From: a virus
Strand: one strand, 5' to 3'
Virus record (IMG/VR): IMGVR_UViG_3300009093_000003
Span: 1 to 64,000 of that record
DNA: 64,000 bases
A model generated the notes under the pieces. That model was not told where the DNA came from, searched no databases, and saw only the letters and a program-made list of their open reading frames with translations. Below, in pieces: positions 56,606-64,000 of the stretch. The stretch's first letter is position 1, and every line of letters begins with the position of its first letter. The position numbers and the translations under genes are program-made.

Positions 56606-57585
56606 CTTGCTATCTCAATTAGTCGGGTTTCCCTTAGTTTGTTAATTTTACTCAAAAGTAATTCATCGCAAATAAATTCCCAACTATCATCATGGGCACT
56701 TTCTAAAACATACTGATATTGTCCACTCAACATTTTAGGTAATTCAACTAATGGCAAAATACCCGGCTTGTTAAATTCAGGAAATTCTTTATTGCCGAAA
56801 TATGCCGCACCCGAAAAAATGCTTTCTAACCAGCTGCAATTAGATTTAGCCCGGTTAAACTGGCTATCGGTTAACGGATAAAAAAATACCTGTGGGTTTA
56901 TGTCGTGCATCATTTTATAAAATTGCACAGTTGACCCGCCCGGATTATGAAAAAAGTTCCCGTATTTAACACGGTACTCTATCCATTCAAATTTTTGTCC
57001 AAGCCAATAAAAATGCCATTTTTTATTACTGTTGACTAATTTTACAATCCATTCTGCAACGCCAGGATAATAAATATCCCCCATATGGCTACCACCACCG
57101 CGCCACATTATCCGCTTATTTTTACCAAACGGCATTTTATCCTTTACCGGAAAGACAATTTCATTATGCGCATTCGGGATAACATGGATATTTTTATTGA
57201 ATAGTCTAAAAGAGTTCTTTATGCCCTCCGTTGCTACCCAAATTTCATCAAGAAGCGCCAACCCTTTTAATGTGTGCTTCTTGTCCCCGTTATAAACGCC
57301 AAACATGGGGTTGGTTTCCGGCACGTGCAGGCAGTCGTCGTCAAAATCACCTATGACTAACTTATGCATGTCCTTAGCCATCTTTATCAGGTTTAGATGA
57401 GATTCCGACGACGGCCTTGAAATTATAACAACATCATAGGGGTTTAAAAGATGTGATTTTATGTCGTGTTCTGTTGACCGGGTAATGGTAAAGTTTTTAT
57501 TTTTAAGATAATCCAACGGCATCATACGGTAGTATTCGGTAGCCGACTGCCAGTGATCGAAATATAAAACTTTTGTTACGCTCAT
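56602..57585 (-). CDS. glycosyltransferase (GT-B/GT4-like, phage type)
   Basis: YYRMMP, IGDFDDD, HVIPNA, WRGGGSH, PLTDSQFNRAKSN.SWLE. Confidence 0.82.
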   Translation of the reverse strand: MSVTKVLYFDHWQSATEYYRMMPLDYLKNKNFTITRSTEHDIKSHLLNPYDVVIISRPSSESHLNLIKMAKDMHKLVIGDFDDDCLHVPETNPMFGVYNGDKKHTLKGLALLDEIWVATEGIKNSFRLFNKNIHVIPNAHNEIVFPVKDKMPFGKNKRIMWRGGGSHMGDIYYPGVAEWIVKLVNSNKKWHFYWLGQKFEWIEYRVKYGNFFHNPGGSTVQFYKMMHDINPQVFFYPLTDSQFNRAKSNCSWLESIFSGAAYFGNKEFPEFNKPGILPLVELPKMLSGQYQYVLESAHDDSWEFICDELLLSKINKLRETRLIEIAR

Positions 57586-58295
57586 TTCCTTTTCATTACC
57601 CTAATGTGTTCTATATTAAAAACAAAATCCCATTTTTCGCCATGTTCCTTCATATAATCAAGGAATGCATCAGTCACTGGCTGTATCCCTGCAAAATGAC
57701 CTGTAGGAGCAAAATTAAGATCGTTGCAACAATCGTCCATTACCAAAAAACCGCCACGATATACTAACGGAGCATAATTGTTAAGGTCGGCCTCTACATC
57801 GTTATACTCATGCGACCCATCAATATACACTATATCAAAAAGCGAATTTTGATTTGCAAAATTTACCGCTTCTTCTTCTTGAGAAAAACCGCGGTATAAG
57901 TTCGGATATTCAATGTTAAACTTGTCGTGTAGTTTTTGTATGTCTCCCTGGTAATCATCTTCTGTCCACCCGGTACCAGCGCCATTCATTGGTGTGATAC
58001 CGAATATATTAGCATTTTTACTGGCTCTGTTTGATAAAATTCGGATAAGGCTTATAACCTGGCACTTGTGGCAGCCGATTTCCAAAAACCTAAAATCATT
58101 TCGCATTTCATCCACTAAAAGTTTCCACACCCAATGAAAGGCGTCCTCTCCCATCCCGAAAACATGGTCACGAACCCATTTTCTATGCGTGCTCAACTCT
58201 GTATCATCGGCGACTAATTGCGATAACAAATGTTTTAAATGATAATGCGATTCCGGCGTATCGAGCCATTCTTGTTTTAATGTTTCTAAAGTCAT
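57582..58295 (-). CDS. class I SAM-dependent methyltransferase (Methyltransf_24-like)
   Basis: FLEIGCHK, FDIVYIDGSHEY, GGFLVMDD. Confidence 0.85.
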   Translation of the reverse strand: MTLETLKQEWLDTPESHYHLKHLLSQLVADDTELSTHRKWVRDHVFGMGEDAFHWVWKLLVDEMRNDFRFLEIGCHKCQVISLIRILSNRASKNANIFGITPMNGAGTGWTEDDYQGDIQKLHDKFNIEYPNLYRGFSQEEEAVNFANQNSLFDIVYIDGSHEYNDVEADLNNYAPLVYRGGFLVMDDCCNDLNFAPTGHFAGIQPVTDAFLDYMKEHGEKWDFVFNIEHIRVMKRK

Positions 58296-58375
58296 TTCTT
58301 TGTTTTAAAATAGACATATTGAGAATAGGCGAATGCATAAAATGAACAAATCAATGCTATTATCGGTGACGTCAT
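58292..58375 (-). CDS. 27 aa hydrophobic micro-ORF (not in ORF track)
   Basis: MTSPIIALICSFYAFAYSQYVYFKTKK*; ATGA overlaps at both ends. Confidence 0.5.
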   Translation of the reverse strand: MTSPIIALICSFYAFAYSQYVYFKTKK

Positions 58376-59019
58376 AATTTTATCAATTCGTTAAATTTTT
58401 CATCAACTGTTTTTCCGTTAAGGTGAATAAAGCAGGGTTCATTTCCAAATATTTGCACCCGGTTATTATCATAAGTGTATTCTCCAGCAGCTATAAAACT
58501 ATGTGAATTGAAAATAGATTGCCCATAATCCGGCCTTATTTTTTGATGTTTTTCGTTCCCCTGCAACAAAAAACAAATGTTTAGCCATAATTGGTCATCT
58601 ATCTCATAAAATGGTGGGTAATATTCAAAAAGTTGTATAAATATCTCTGATTTTGCGTAATACAAACCACTATTTGGAAAGTTAAACCCATGTCCAAAGT
58701 CCGCATACTCATTTCTAAATGGTATCATTGACGGCGGCCACAGATTCTTTTCACAAGAAACTACCATTTGATCCGTTATCCACAATTTACTTTCAAATTC
58801 ATCAGGGCCGGCCAGCGCAACAACATCATGAGCGTCACAAAAAATAAATCGGTCAACCTCGGGATGCGATTTTAAATACTCATAGGTCGCAATAAGTTTT
58901 GTTCCGAACCCTTTCCATTCAGTTACAATAGCAACCCCATCCCACTTGTGTTTTCTAATGGAATCTAACAAGGTTTTGGCGAGCGAAATATCATTTGTTA
59001 CTGTGATTACCCTAAGCAT
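58372..59019 (-). CDS. PLOD/procollagen-type glycosyltransferase domain protein
   Basis: FIFCDAHDVV (DxxD), VSCEKNLWP, FPNSGLY, DDQLW, FIHLNG. Confidence 0.82.
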   Translation of the reverse strand: MLRVITVTNDISLAKTLLDSIRKHKWDGVAIVTEWKGFGTKLIATYEYLKSHPEVDRFIFCDAHDVVALAGPDEFESKLWITDQMVVSCEKNLWPPSMIPFRNEYADFGHGFNFPNSGLYYAKSEIFIQLFEYYPPFYEIDDQLWLNICFLLQGNEKHQKIRPDYGQSIFNSHSFIAAGEYTYDNNRVQIFGNEPCFIHLNGKTVDEKFNELIKL

Positions 59020-59635
59020 CTCTACGCCTCCATAATCCTTTTTTAAAACCTTTTTTTATACACTCAAACCTATCGCCCATGTGTTGTTCTACCAATTCGA
59101 TAGGAATAAAATCAGATGTAATATCATCTATGCAAAGTATTGCGCCGGGAAGCATCCGGTCAGAAAACCAATCCACCTCATGATTAACGGATTCTACCGA
59201 ATGTGGCCCATCTAAATGAACAAAACTATAACCTGTACAGCCTATCTCATCAATATTGTAAATTGGCACAAAATCACCAAACCTTTCAAAATATTCATCG
59301 TCTGTCATACAGAAATAATGAAAGTCAACCGGGTTTTCAGCTACGTAAGCCCATAGTGCAGCCAGCGTTTCCGCTTTCATTTGATTGGTGTAATCGAGCC
59401 GGCAGGCTTCCATGTGTTCGCGTGGCTTATACAAAATTGATCCGTATGGATCGACCGCCACAACCGTTTTACCAGGGCAATATTGCCGGACAGCATCAAT
59501 AATAGTCTTTGTTCCCAAGCCGCGGCGAAGGCCAATTTCAATGCACATTCCCGATACATATTTGCTTAGTTCGACCGATTCGGTCAAAAATTCGTATTCG
59601 CCGCTGTCGCCGCTTATTTGGTAATTATTCCCCAT
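59012..59635 (-). CDS. TylF/Methyltransf_24-like O-methyltransferase
   Basis: IEIGLRRGLG, VDPYG, FVHLDGPH, GAILCIDD. Confidence 0.82.
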   Translation of the reverse strand: MGNNYQISGDSGEYEFLTESVELSKYVSGMCIEIGLRRGLGTKTIIDAVRQYCPGKTVVAVDPYGSILYKPREHMEACRLDYTNQMKAETLAALWAYVAENPVDFHYFCMTDDEYFERFGDFVPIYNIDEIGCTGYSFVHLDGPHSVESVNHEVDWFSDRMLPGAILCIDDITSDFIPIELVEQHMGDRFECIKKGFKKGLWRRRDA

Positions 59636-60371
59636 CGTAATAATATGGCAATTCGCCTTTTTGTATCATTTCCATGTAAACCGAGGCTTCGGTAAGCCAA
59701 ACACTGGCTTCCTTTTTCTTCCATTCGGTGTAATCAGTTCCACCCCGATCAAGATTTGTGATTTTGATGTGCGGTAAAAAAGCGTTTCTAAATCCTGCAG
59801 CAATAGACCTAACGCAATAAATACTATCATCAAATCCGTACAAACTCGGCTGCGAAAGTCCGCCGCATTTGTCCATCATCAGCGGATTATACGCGGTACA
59901 AGTTCCAATAATATCAGGGCATATTTCAAGTTTGCCCTCCATTTTTGTACGATAGTGAATGTTTTCGTGATCGGGCCGTTGCCAAATGCCATAGCGTTTT
60001 AATCCCAGAATACCAATGTCAGGATGTTTTTTTATTTGCGCTTCCAATTGTTCAACCCAGCCGGCTATTGACCATGTAAGATCATCGTCACATTTTATAA
60101 CCACCTCTCCAGGCTCCCGCGCATACAACCCTTTATTTATCCCTTTTGCTGTGCCAATATTTTGTTTTAAATGCAAGATGGTCACATTTAAGCCATCTGT
60201 TGGCAAACTATCGAGATATGCTTCTGTTTCAAGTGTACACGAATTATTTACGATTATCCAGCGATGTTTTTTAAGGTCAACGGTATTCATCAAAGATGTG
60301 AGGCACTCTTTGACAATAGGCAATTTCTTATTGTCTTTCGTTGCGAAAATGCATTGAACTATGAGCGACAT
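59625..60371 (-). CDS. GT2 family glycosyltransferase
   Basis: IIVNNS, NIGTAKGINKG, KCDDD, YGFDDSIYC.R. Confidence 0.85.
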   Translation of the reverse strand: MSLIVQCIFATKDNKKLPIVKECLTSLMNTVDLKKHRWIIVNNSCTLETEAYLDSLPTDGLNVTILHLKQNIGTAKGINKGLYAREPGEVVIKCDDDLTWSIAGWVEQLEAQIKKHPDIGILGLKRYGIWQRPDHENIHYRTKMEGKLEICPDIIGTCTAYNPLMMDKCGGLSQPSLYGFDDSIYCVRSIAAGFRNAFLPHIKITNLDRGGTDYTEWKKKEASVWLTEASVYMEMIQKGELPYYYDGE

Positions 60372-60557
60372 ATTTCCTCCATCATTGATTTTGCGATTTT
60401 GTTAAGGTTTTCCAACGATGAGCAAAAGGCTATATCTTTTTTGTAACGCAGATAAGTTGCCGTGTCAAAATAACCAACGCCAATACTTTGCGATGCGAAT
60501 TGGCCGATCAATTTTTTTGGCTTATCCAGTTTGTCTATGTCAGCAATTGCGCTCATA
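60359..60557 (-). CDS. hypothetical protein (start uncertain)
   Basis: MSAIADIDK... overlaps GT2 start. Confidence 0.45.
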
Positions 60558-60711
60558 ATTTTAAAAAAGCTCATCCATCCCAAAATGCGAAGACAGCGCA
60601 AGCAAATCAAGACATTGTACCGGGATGAATGAGTATGTTTTTGGTAAAGTACACGTCACTATTGTTTGCTTGCTACGCCAAAATTAAAACTAATAATCCA
60701 TACTACCAAAT

Positions 60712-60738
60712 AAAAAAATGCCGCCCGGTTGAGCAGCA
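60712..60738 (-). terminator. rho-independent terminator
   Basis: Minus strand TGCTGCTC-AACC-GGGCGGCA + T7. Confidence 0.75.
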
Positions 60739-60774
60739 CTTTCTTTTTATGGATACGTAACAGAAGTTGAAAGG

Positions 60775-61083
60775 TTATAAACCGGCTTGAACGGTAGCAA
60801 CGCTTTCGGTAACGATGATTGTTGATACCTGGCGCATAGCGCCTGTAAAATACTGCACATCAATTGCGCAATTTCCTTTTAGGTACGCACCTGGTGTGTA
60901 GAGGTAAGGGCCTCCCACAATATTTGCCGTCAATAGCGTATATGCCGGTGTAGGTGACTGTGGAAAAGGGTCTGCTGCGGTGATCGCCCCGCAAGGGGGG
61001 AATGGGCCTGCGCCTATTGTTGCTCCCTGCACACCGTTTACGGTTGCGGCAAGGTGTACTGTTTGTTGTCCTGCTAACGCCAT
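60775..61083 (-). CDS. small Ala/Gly/Thr-rich protein, possible virion decoration protein
   Basis: Monocistronic, with own terminator; composition resembles structural proteins. Confidence 0.6.
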   Translation of the reverse strand: MALAGQQTVHLAATVNGVQGATIGAGPFPPCGAITAADPFPQSPTPAYTLLTANIVGGPYLYTPGAYLKGNCAIDVQYFTGAMRQVSTIIVTESVATVQAGL

Positions 61084-61163
61084 GATGTTTTTTTTTGATA
61101 AAGGTAAATTGTTCCTTTTAAATTTAAACTATATATTTTTCTATAGTTTATTACTTTTGTTAA

Positions 61164-61367
61164 GTGGAAATAAAAGAAAAACTTAGTTTAGGTGAGCAGC
61201 TGAAACAGGGGCGGGAGGCAAAAGGTATGACCCAGGAGGCTGTACATCAAATGTCAGGGGTAAGTGTTTTTGTCATTTCAGGATTAGAAACCGGCAGGAT
61301 TAAAAATACCAGCACCCATACGTTGAGGGGATTGCAGTATGCCCTTGATATAATATTTGAGATTTAA
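61164..61367 (+). CDS. XRE-family HTH regulator (copy 2)
   Basis: GREAKGMTQEAVHQMSGVSVFVISGLETG. Confidence 0.88.
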   Translation: MEIKEKLSLGEQLKQGREAKGMTQEAVHQMSGVSVFVISGLETGRIKNTSTHTLRGLQYALDIIFEI

Positions 61368-61462
61368 GCCACTTTAGCCCCCCAACCACCCCCAAGTATC
61401 ACCGAATCAAATAAACTTCACCACAGGCGTTAAAATCGCGTCATATGGGTGGTTTAATGGTT

Positions 61463-62170
61463 TCATATCAAAATTAATTTAGCTTGGTTTTTATTAGCTT
61501 CAAATTTTTTCAGATAATCATTATACCGATCTTCCTGCGCGTTGAAATAGTCCCCATCCAGTTCTGTAGCATAAAAATCAAATCCAAGTCCATGTGCAGC
61601 TAAACGGTGGCTACCACTTCCTAAATGCGTGTCAAGTATGTTATATCCCGGCTGCGCGTATTTTGTCAGGCACCAGCGATAAAGTTGAATTGGTTTTTGT
61701 GTTGGATGTATCCTAACTTCATTGGTAGATTTATTTCCGTTGTTTAATTTTCCATCTGCAGTACTTCCCTGCATCATACCGTTCCACATGAAAGAAAATT
61801 TACGAACACTTGATTTAAAGTTTGTCCATGCCAGTTCGCAATCGGCAAAATTAGTTCCAATATTGCATTTGTCCCAAACTATAAAACATCTGGTTGCGCC
61901 TAAATAGTCCAGAAAGTAATTACCGCCCCAAATTATCTGATGTTCTGATACCCGGAATAGTTCTTTAAAATAATCTTCTGAAGGTATTTCGTAATCCCAA
62001 AATTCCTTTTTGTACATTTTGGTTTTTGCAAGCTTTGATCTGCTGATGTTGCGATGGGCGCTTTCTTTTATCCCGTAAGGCGGATCTACAATTGCAAGAT
62101 CAAAAAACTTATCAGGATACCTTGCCATCATACCCATGCAATCCTCATTTGTTACTATACTTTTACTCAT
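61463..62170 (-). CDS. DNA N6-adenine/N4-cytosine methyltransferase (beta class)
   Basis: LAIVDPPYG, HPTQKP, ILDTHLGSGS. Confidence 0.92.
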   Translation of the reverse strand: MSKSIVTNEDCMGMMARYPDKFFDLAIVDPPYGIKESAHRNISRSKLAKTKMYKKEFWDYEIPSEDYFKELFRVSEHQIIWGGNYFLDYLGATRCFIVWDKCNIGTNFADCELAWTNFKSSVRKFSFMWNGMMQGSTADGKLNNGNKSTNEVRIHPTQKPIQLYRWCLTKYAQPGYNILDTHLGSGSHRLAAHGLGFDFYATELDGDYFNAQEDRYNDYLKKFEANKNQAKLILI

Positions 62171-62877
62171 ATCAATTCAAGTTTTTGTTGAATGTTGTTG
62201 AAGTGGGTGTGATAATTTGTCCAAATAACCTCTGAATGTTTACCTGTTAAAACCTGTTGTGTCACCATTGGTAAAAATGGCAACCATGTCGCCTTATCAT
62301 TTTCACAAACTATTGCCTGCCCTTCCCGGGACCTGCACCAATCTGCCAAACTATTAAAATCTATTTTTTTTGACGAATGAATGTAAGCCTGTCCACCAAC
62401 AGTGTATGGCGGGTCAATAAACCATGTCACAACCTGATTTGGTATTTCATCATAGCATCCCTCCATAATTTTCCAATGCCTGATTTTAAATAATTGTGAG
62501 GCTATTTTTTTGATGGTATAATTTTGTTGATTGGGCCTATGCCTTGCGCGTGGCGTTGCAATTTTTCGTGGATGAATAAATCCAAAACCAACCAAAAAAC
62601 CGACTAAATATCGTTGGGCATCGCAATCATAGACGTGATTGTTAATATTTTCTCCGGCTTTAAAACGGGGTAATGACAAAATATCCTGTTCACTACATTG
62701 TTGCAGCCATTTCCAAATCTCTGTAATAACGGGATATTTATCAACTAATAAGACATCTTTTTCCCAATATTTTAAAGCGTACCTTGCTGTACCGGCAAAT
62801 GGTTCAATAATTTTTTCATGAACAGGCGCAGGGTATAAATCAATAATATTTGTCTTTGCTCCGTAATACGACCACAT
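62167..62877 (-). CDS. Dam-like DNA adenine methyltransferase (alpha class)
   Basis: SYYGAK, IEPFAGTA, FIDPPY. Confidence 0.88.
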   Translation of the reverse strand: MWSYYGAKTNIIDLYPAPVHEKIIEPFAGTARYALKYWEKDVLLVDKYPVITEIWKWLQQCSEQDILSLPRFKAGENINNHVYDCDAQRYLVGFLVGFGFIHPRKIATPRARHRPNQQNYTIKKIASQLFKIRHWKIMEGCYDEIPNQVVTWFIDPPYTVGGQAYIHSSKKIDFNSLADWCRSREGQAIVCENDKATWLPFLPMVTQQVLTGKHSEVIWTNYHTHFNNIQQKLELI

Positions 62878-62886
62878 TTCAAAAAA

Positions 62887-63060
62887 TCATTTAGTACCAA
62901 TAAAAATCAATTTACCATTAAACCACACCTCAACGGCAGTCTCACGGCTTAGTTTTATTTTTTTAATAACGCAGTCGGTTCGACCTTCTGCCCATGCTAA
63001 TAAATCCGTGTCAGAAAGGTGCGTCTTTTCCGGTTGTTGGTGTAAGTTCTCCTGTTCCAT
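62887..63060 (-). CDS. small hypothetical protein (57 aa, not in ORF track)
   Basis: MEQENLHQQPEK...IFIGTK* fills gap between helicase and MTase. Confidence 0.45.
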   Translation of the reverse strand: MEQENLHQQPEKTHLSDTDLLAWAEGRTDCVIKKIKLSRETAVEVWFNGKLIFIGTK

Positions 63061-64000
63061 TTTCTCTTATGTTGGCTATAAATTTAAAATTGTCAATTAC
63101 TTGTTCTTTGATAGGTTCAGAATAATTTAATGACACCTGTTTAGGCGTTGGTATTAACCAGTTTGAATTATCCCATTCTCCATACATACCGCAAAACCGA
63201 CTATTATTAATGTTGTATCTCACATTACACGACCCCTGCTTTCCTAAATGACAATATTTCATTTTCTGAACATGTATTTCACTAAGTCCGGTGGTGTAGT
63301 TTCTATAAAAAGTTACGCCAATATCAGGCTTATTAAACCAGTTGCTTGACCCCGATATATCATACAAATTAGGAATTTCAAATGCCCCGGACTTGTCTTT
63401 CCTTATTTTTGTGGGATGGGCGATCACAATAGATAATATTCCATGCCTCTGGTCAAATCTTATTATTTTATCCAATTGCTTTGAAATATACATCGTTTCA
63501 TTATCCCCCTTTTCAAAATTATGTTCCAATTTATTCCATGGATCAATCAATAATCCTTTGATACCGTATTTTACTACCAAACTTTTTGCTTTAGAAATTA
63601 TATTATCCAGTGTTACATCATCATCCTCTGGCTGAATAAAATAAAAATGCTCGTTTATAAATGCTTTAGCCAATTCTTTTTCCCTACTTGAAAATATTGT
63701 TCCTTTTCTAACATGCTTACCTAATAGGCATTCACAAATCATTACGATAAAAACAGGTAGCGGTTTATGTTCCGGTGTAAATAAACCCCACTTATAGCCG
63801 TGATTTATTGAAAGCGCGCACATGACCATCAGGGCAAATGGACTTTTACCATGATTTGGTATTCCTGTTAGCACCATCATGTGGCCGGGAACAAAGGAAA
63901 CCATTTCATCAAATTCTTTTAACATACCCGTTGTATCTCCCCTCGGCAATCCGCTTTCAATATAATGCTCTACATCGTCCCAAATAGAATTTACTGTTAT
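63011..64000 (-). CDS. SF4 (DnaB/T7 gp4/Twinkle-like) helicase domain of a primase-helicase, 5'-truncated
   Basis: TGIPNHGKS Walker A, LLIDPWN, IAHPTK, DISGSSNW; frame open to window end. Confidence 0.9.
   Translation of the reverse strand: MTVNSIWDDVEHYIESGLPRGDTTGMLKEFDEMVSFVPGHMMVLTGIPNHGKSPFALMVMCALSINHGYKWGLFTPEHKPLPVFIVMICECLLGKHVRKGTIFSSREKELAKAFINEHFYFIQPEDDDVTLDNIISKAKSLVVKYGIKGLLIDPWNKLEHNFEKGDNETMYISKQLDKIIRFDQRHGILSIVIAHPTKIRKDKSGAFEIPNLYDISGSSNWFNKPDIGVTFYRNYTTGLSEIHVQKMKYCHLGKQGSCNVRYNINNSRFCGMYGEWDNSNWLIPTPKQVSLNYSEPIKEQVIDNFKFIANIRENGTGELTPTTGKDAPF

Noticed and set aside
61463-62877. Restriction-modification system
   Set aside because: No adjacent restriction endonuclease; orphan methyltransferases are routine in phages.
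18051-64000. Stop-codon reassignment as in some crAss-like phages
   Set aside because: Long genes are intact and tightly packed under the standard code, TAG and TGA act as stops, and there is no suppressor tRNA.

Overview
The whole window looks like part of a tailed phage (or prophage) infecting Bacteroidota; no host housekeeping genes were recognised. Evidence for the host includes recurrent TAnnTTTG promoters, A-rich starts without Shine-Dalgarno sites, a DDLPF-tailed SSB, signal peptides followed by Gln, and a Sphingobacteriaceae-like CheY-type receiver protein. 1-15.9 kb (+ strand): early and accessory genes (two YopX, PAPS-reductase family, NUMOD4-HNH, SSB-like, RusA-like, UDG-like, Gp37/Gp68, receiver protein, envelope-protein cassette). 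16-18 kb: strand-switch region with tRNA-fMet, a candidate pseudoknot RNA, DUF3307, an orphan antitoxin-like ORF and a DUF2161-like nuclease. 18-56.6 kb (mostly - strand): crAss-like podovirus morphogenesis module (membrane/holin-like cluster, tailspike-like beta-helix protein, ATP-grasp enzyme, ejection proteins, muzzle, ring proteins, MCP, scaffold, portal, terminase, GroES-like). 56.6-60.4 kb: three glycosyltransferases and two methyltransferases. 61.4-64 kb: two orphan DNA methyltransferases and a truncated primase-helicase. The most striking observation is that the tailspike-like protein starts with a Sec signal peptide plus Gln and has eight Bacteroidota O-glycosylation sequons confined to its N-terminal ~500 aa. 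With the phage glycosyltransferase/methyltransferase operon, this suggests an exported, glycosylated phage appendage (inference). All family assignments come from motif recognition by eye; no database searches were run.
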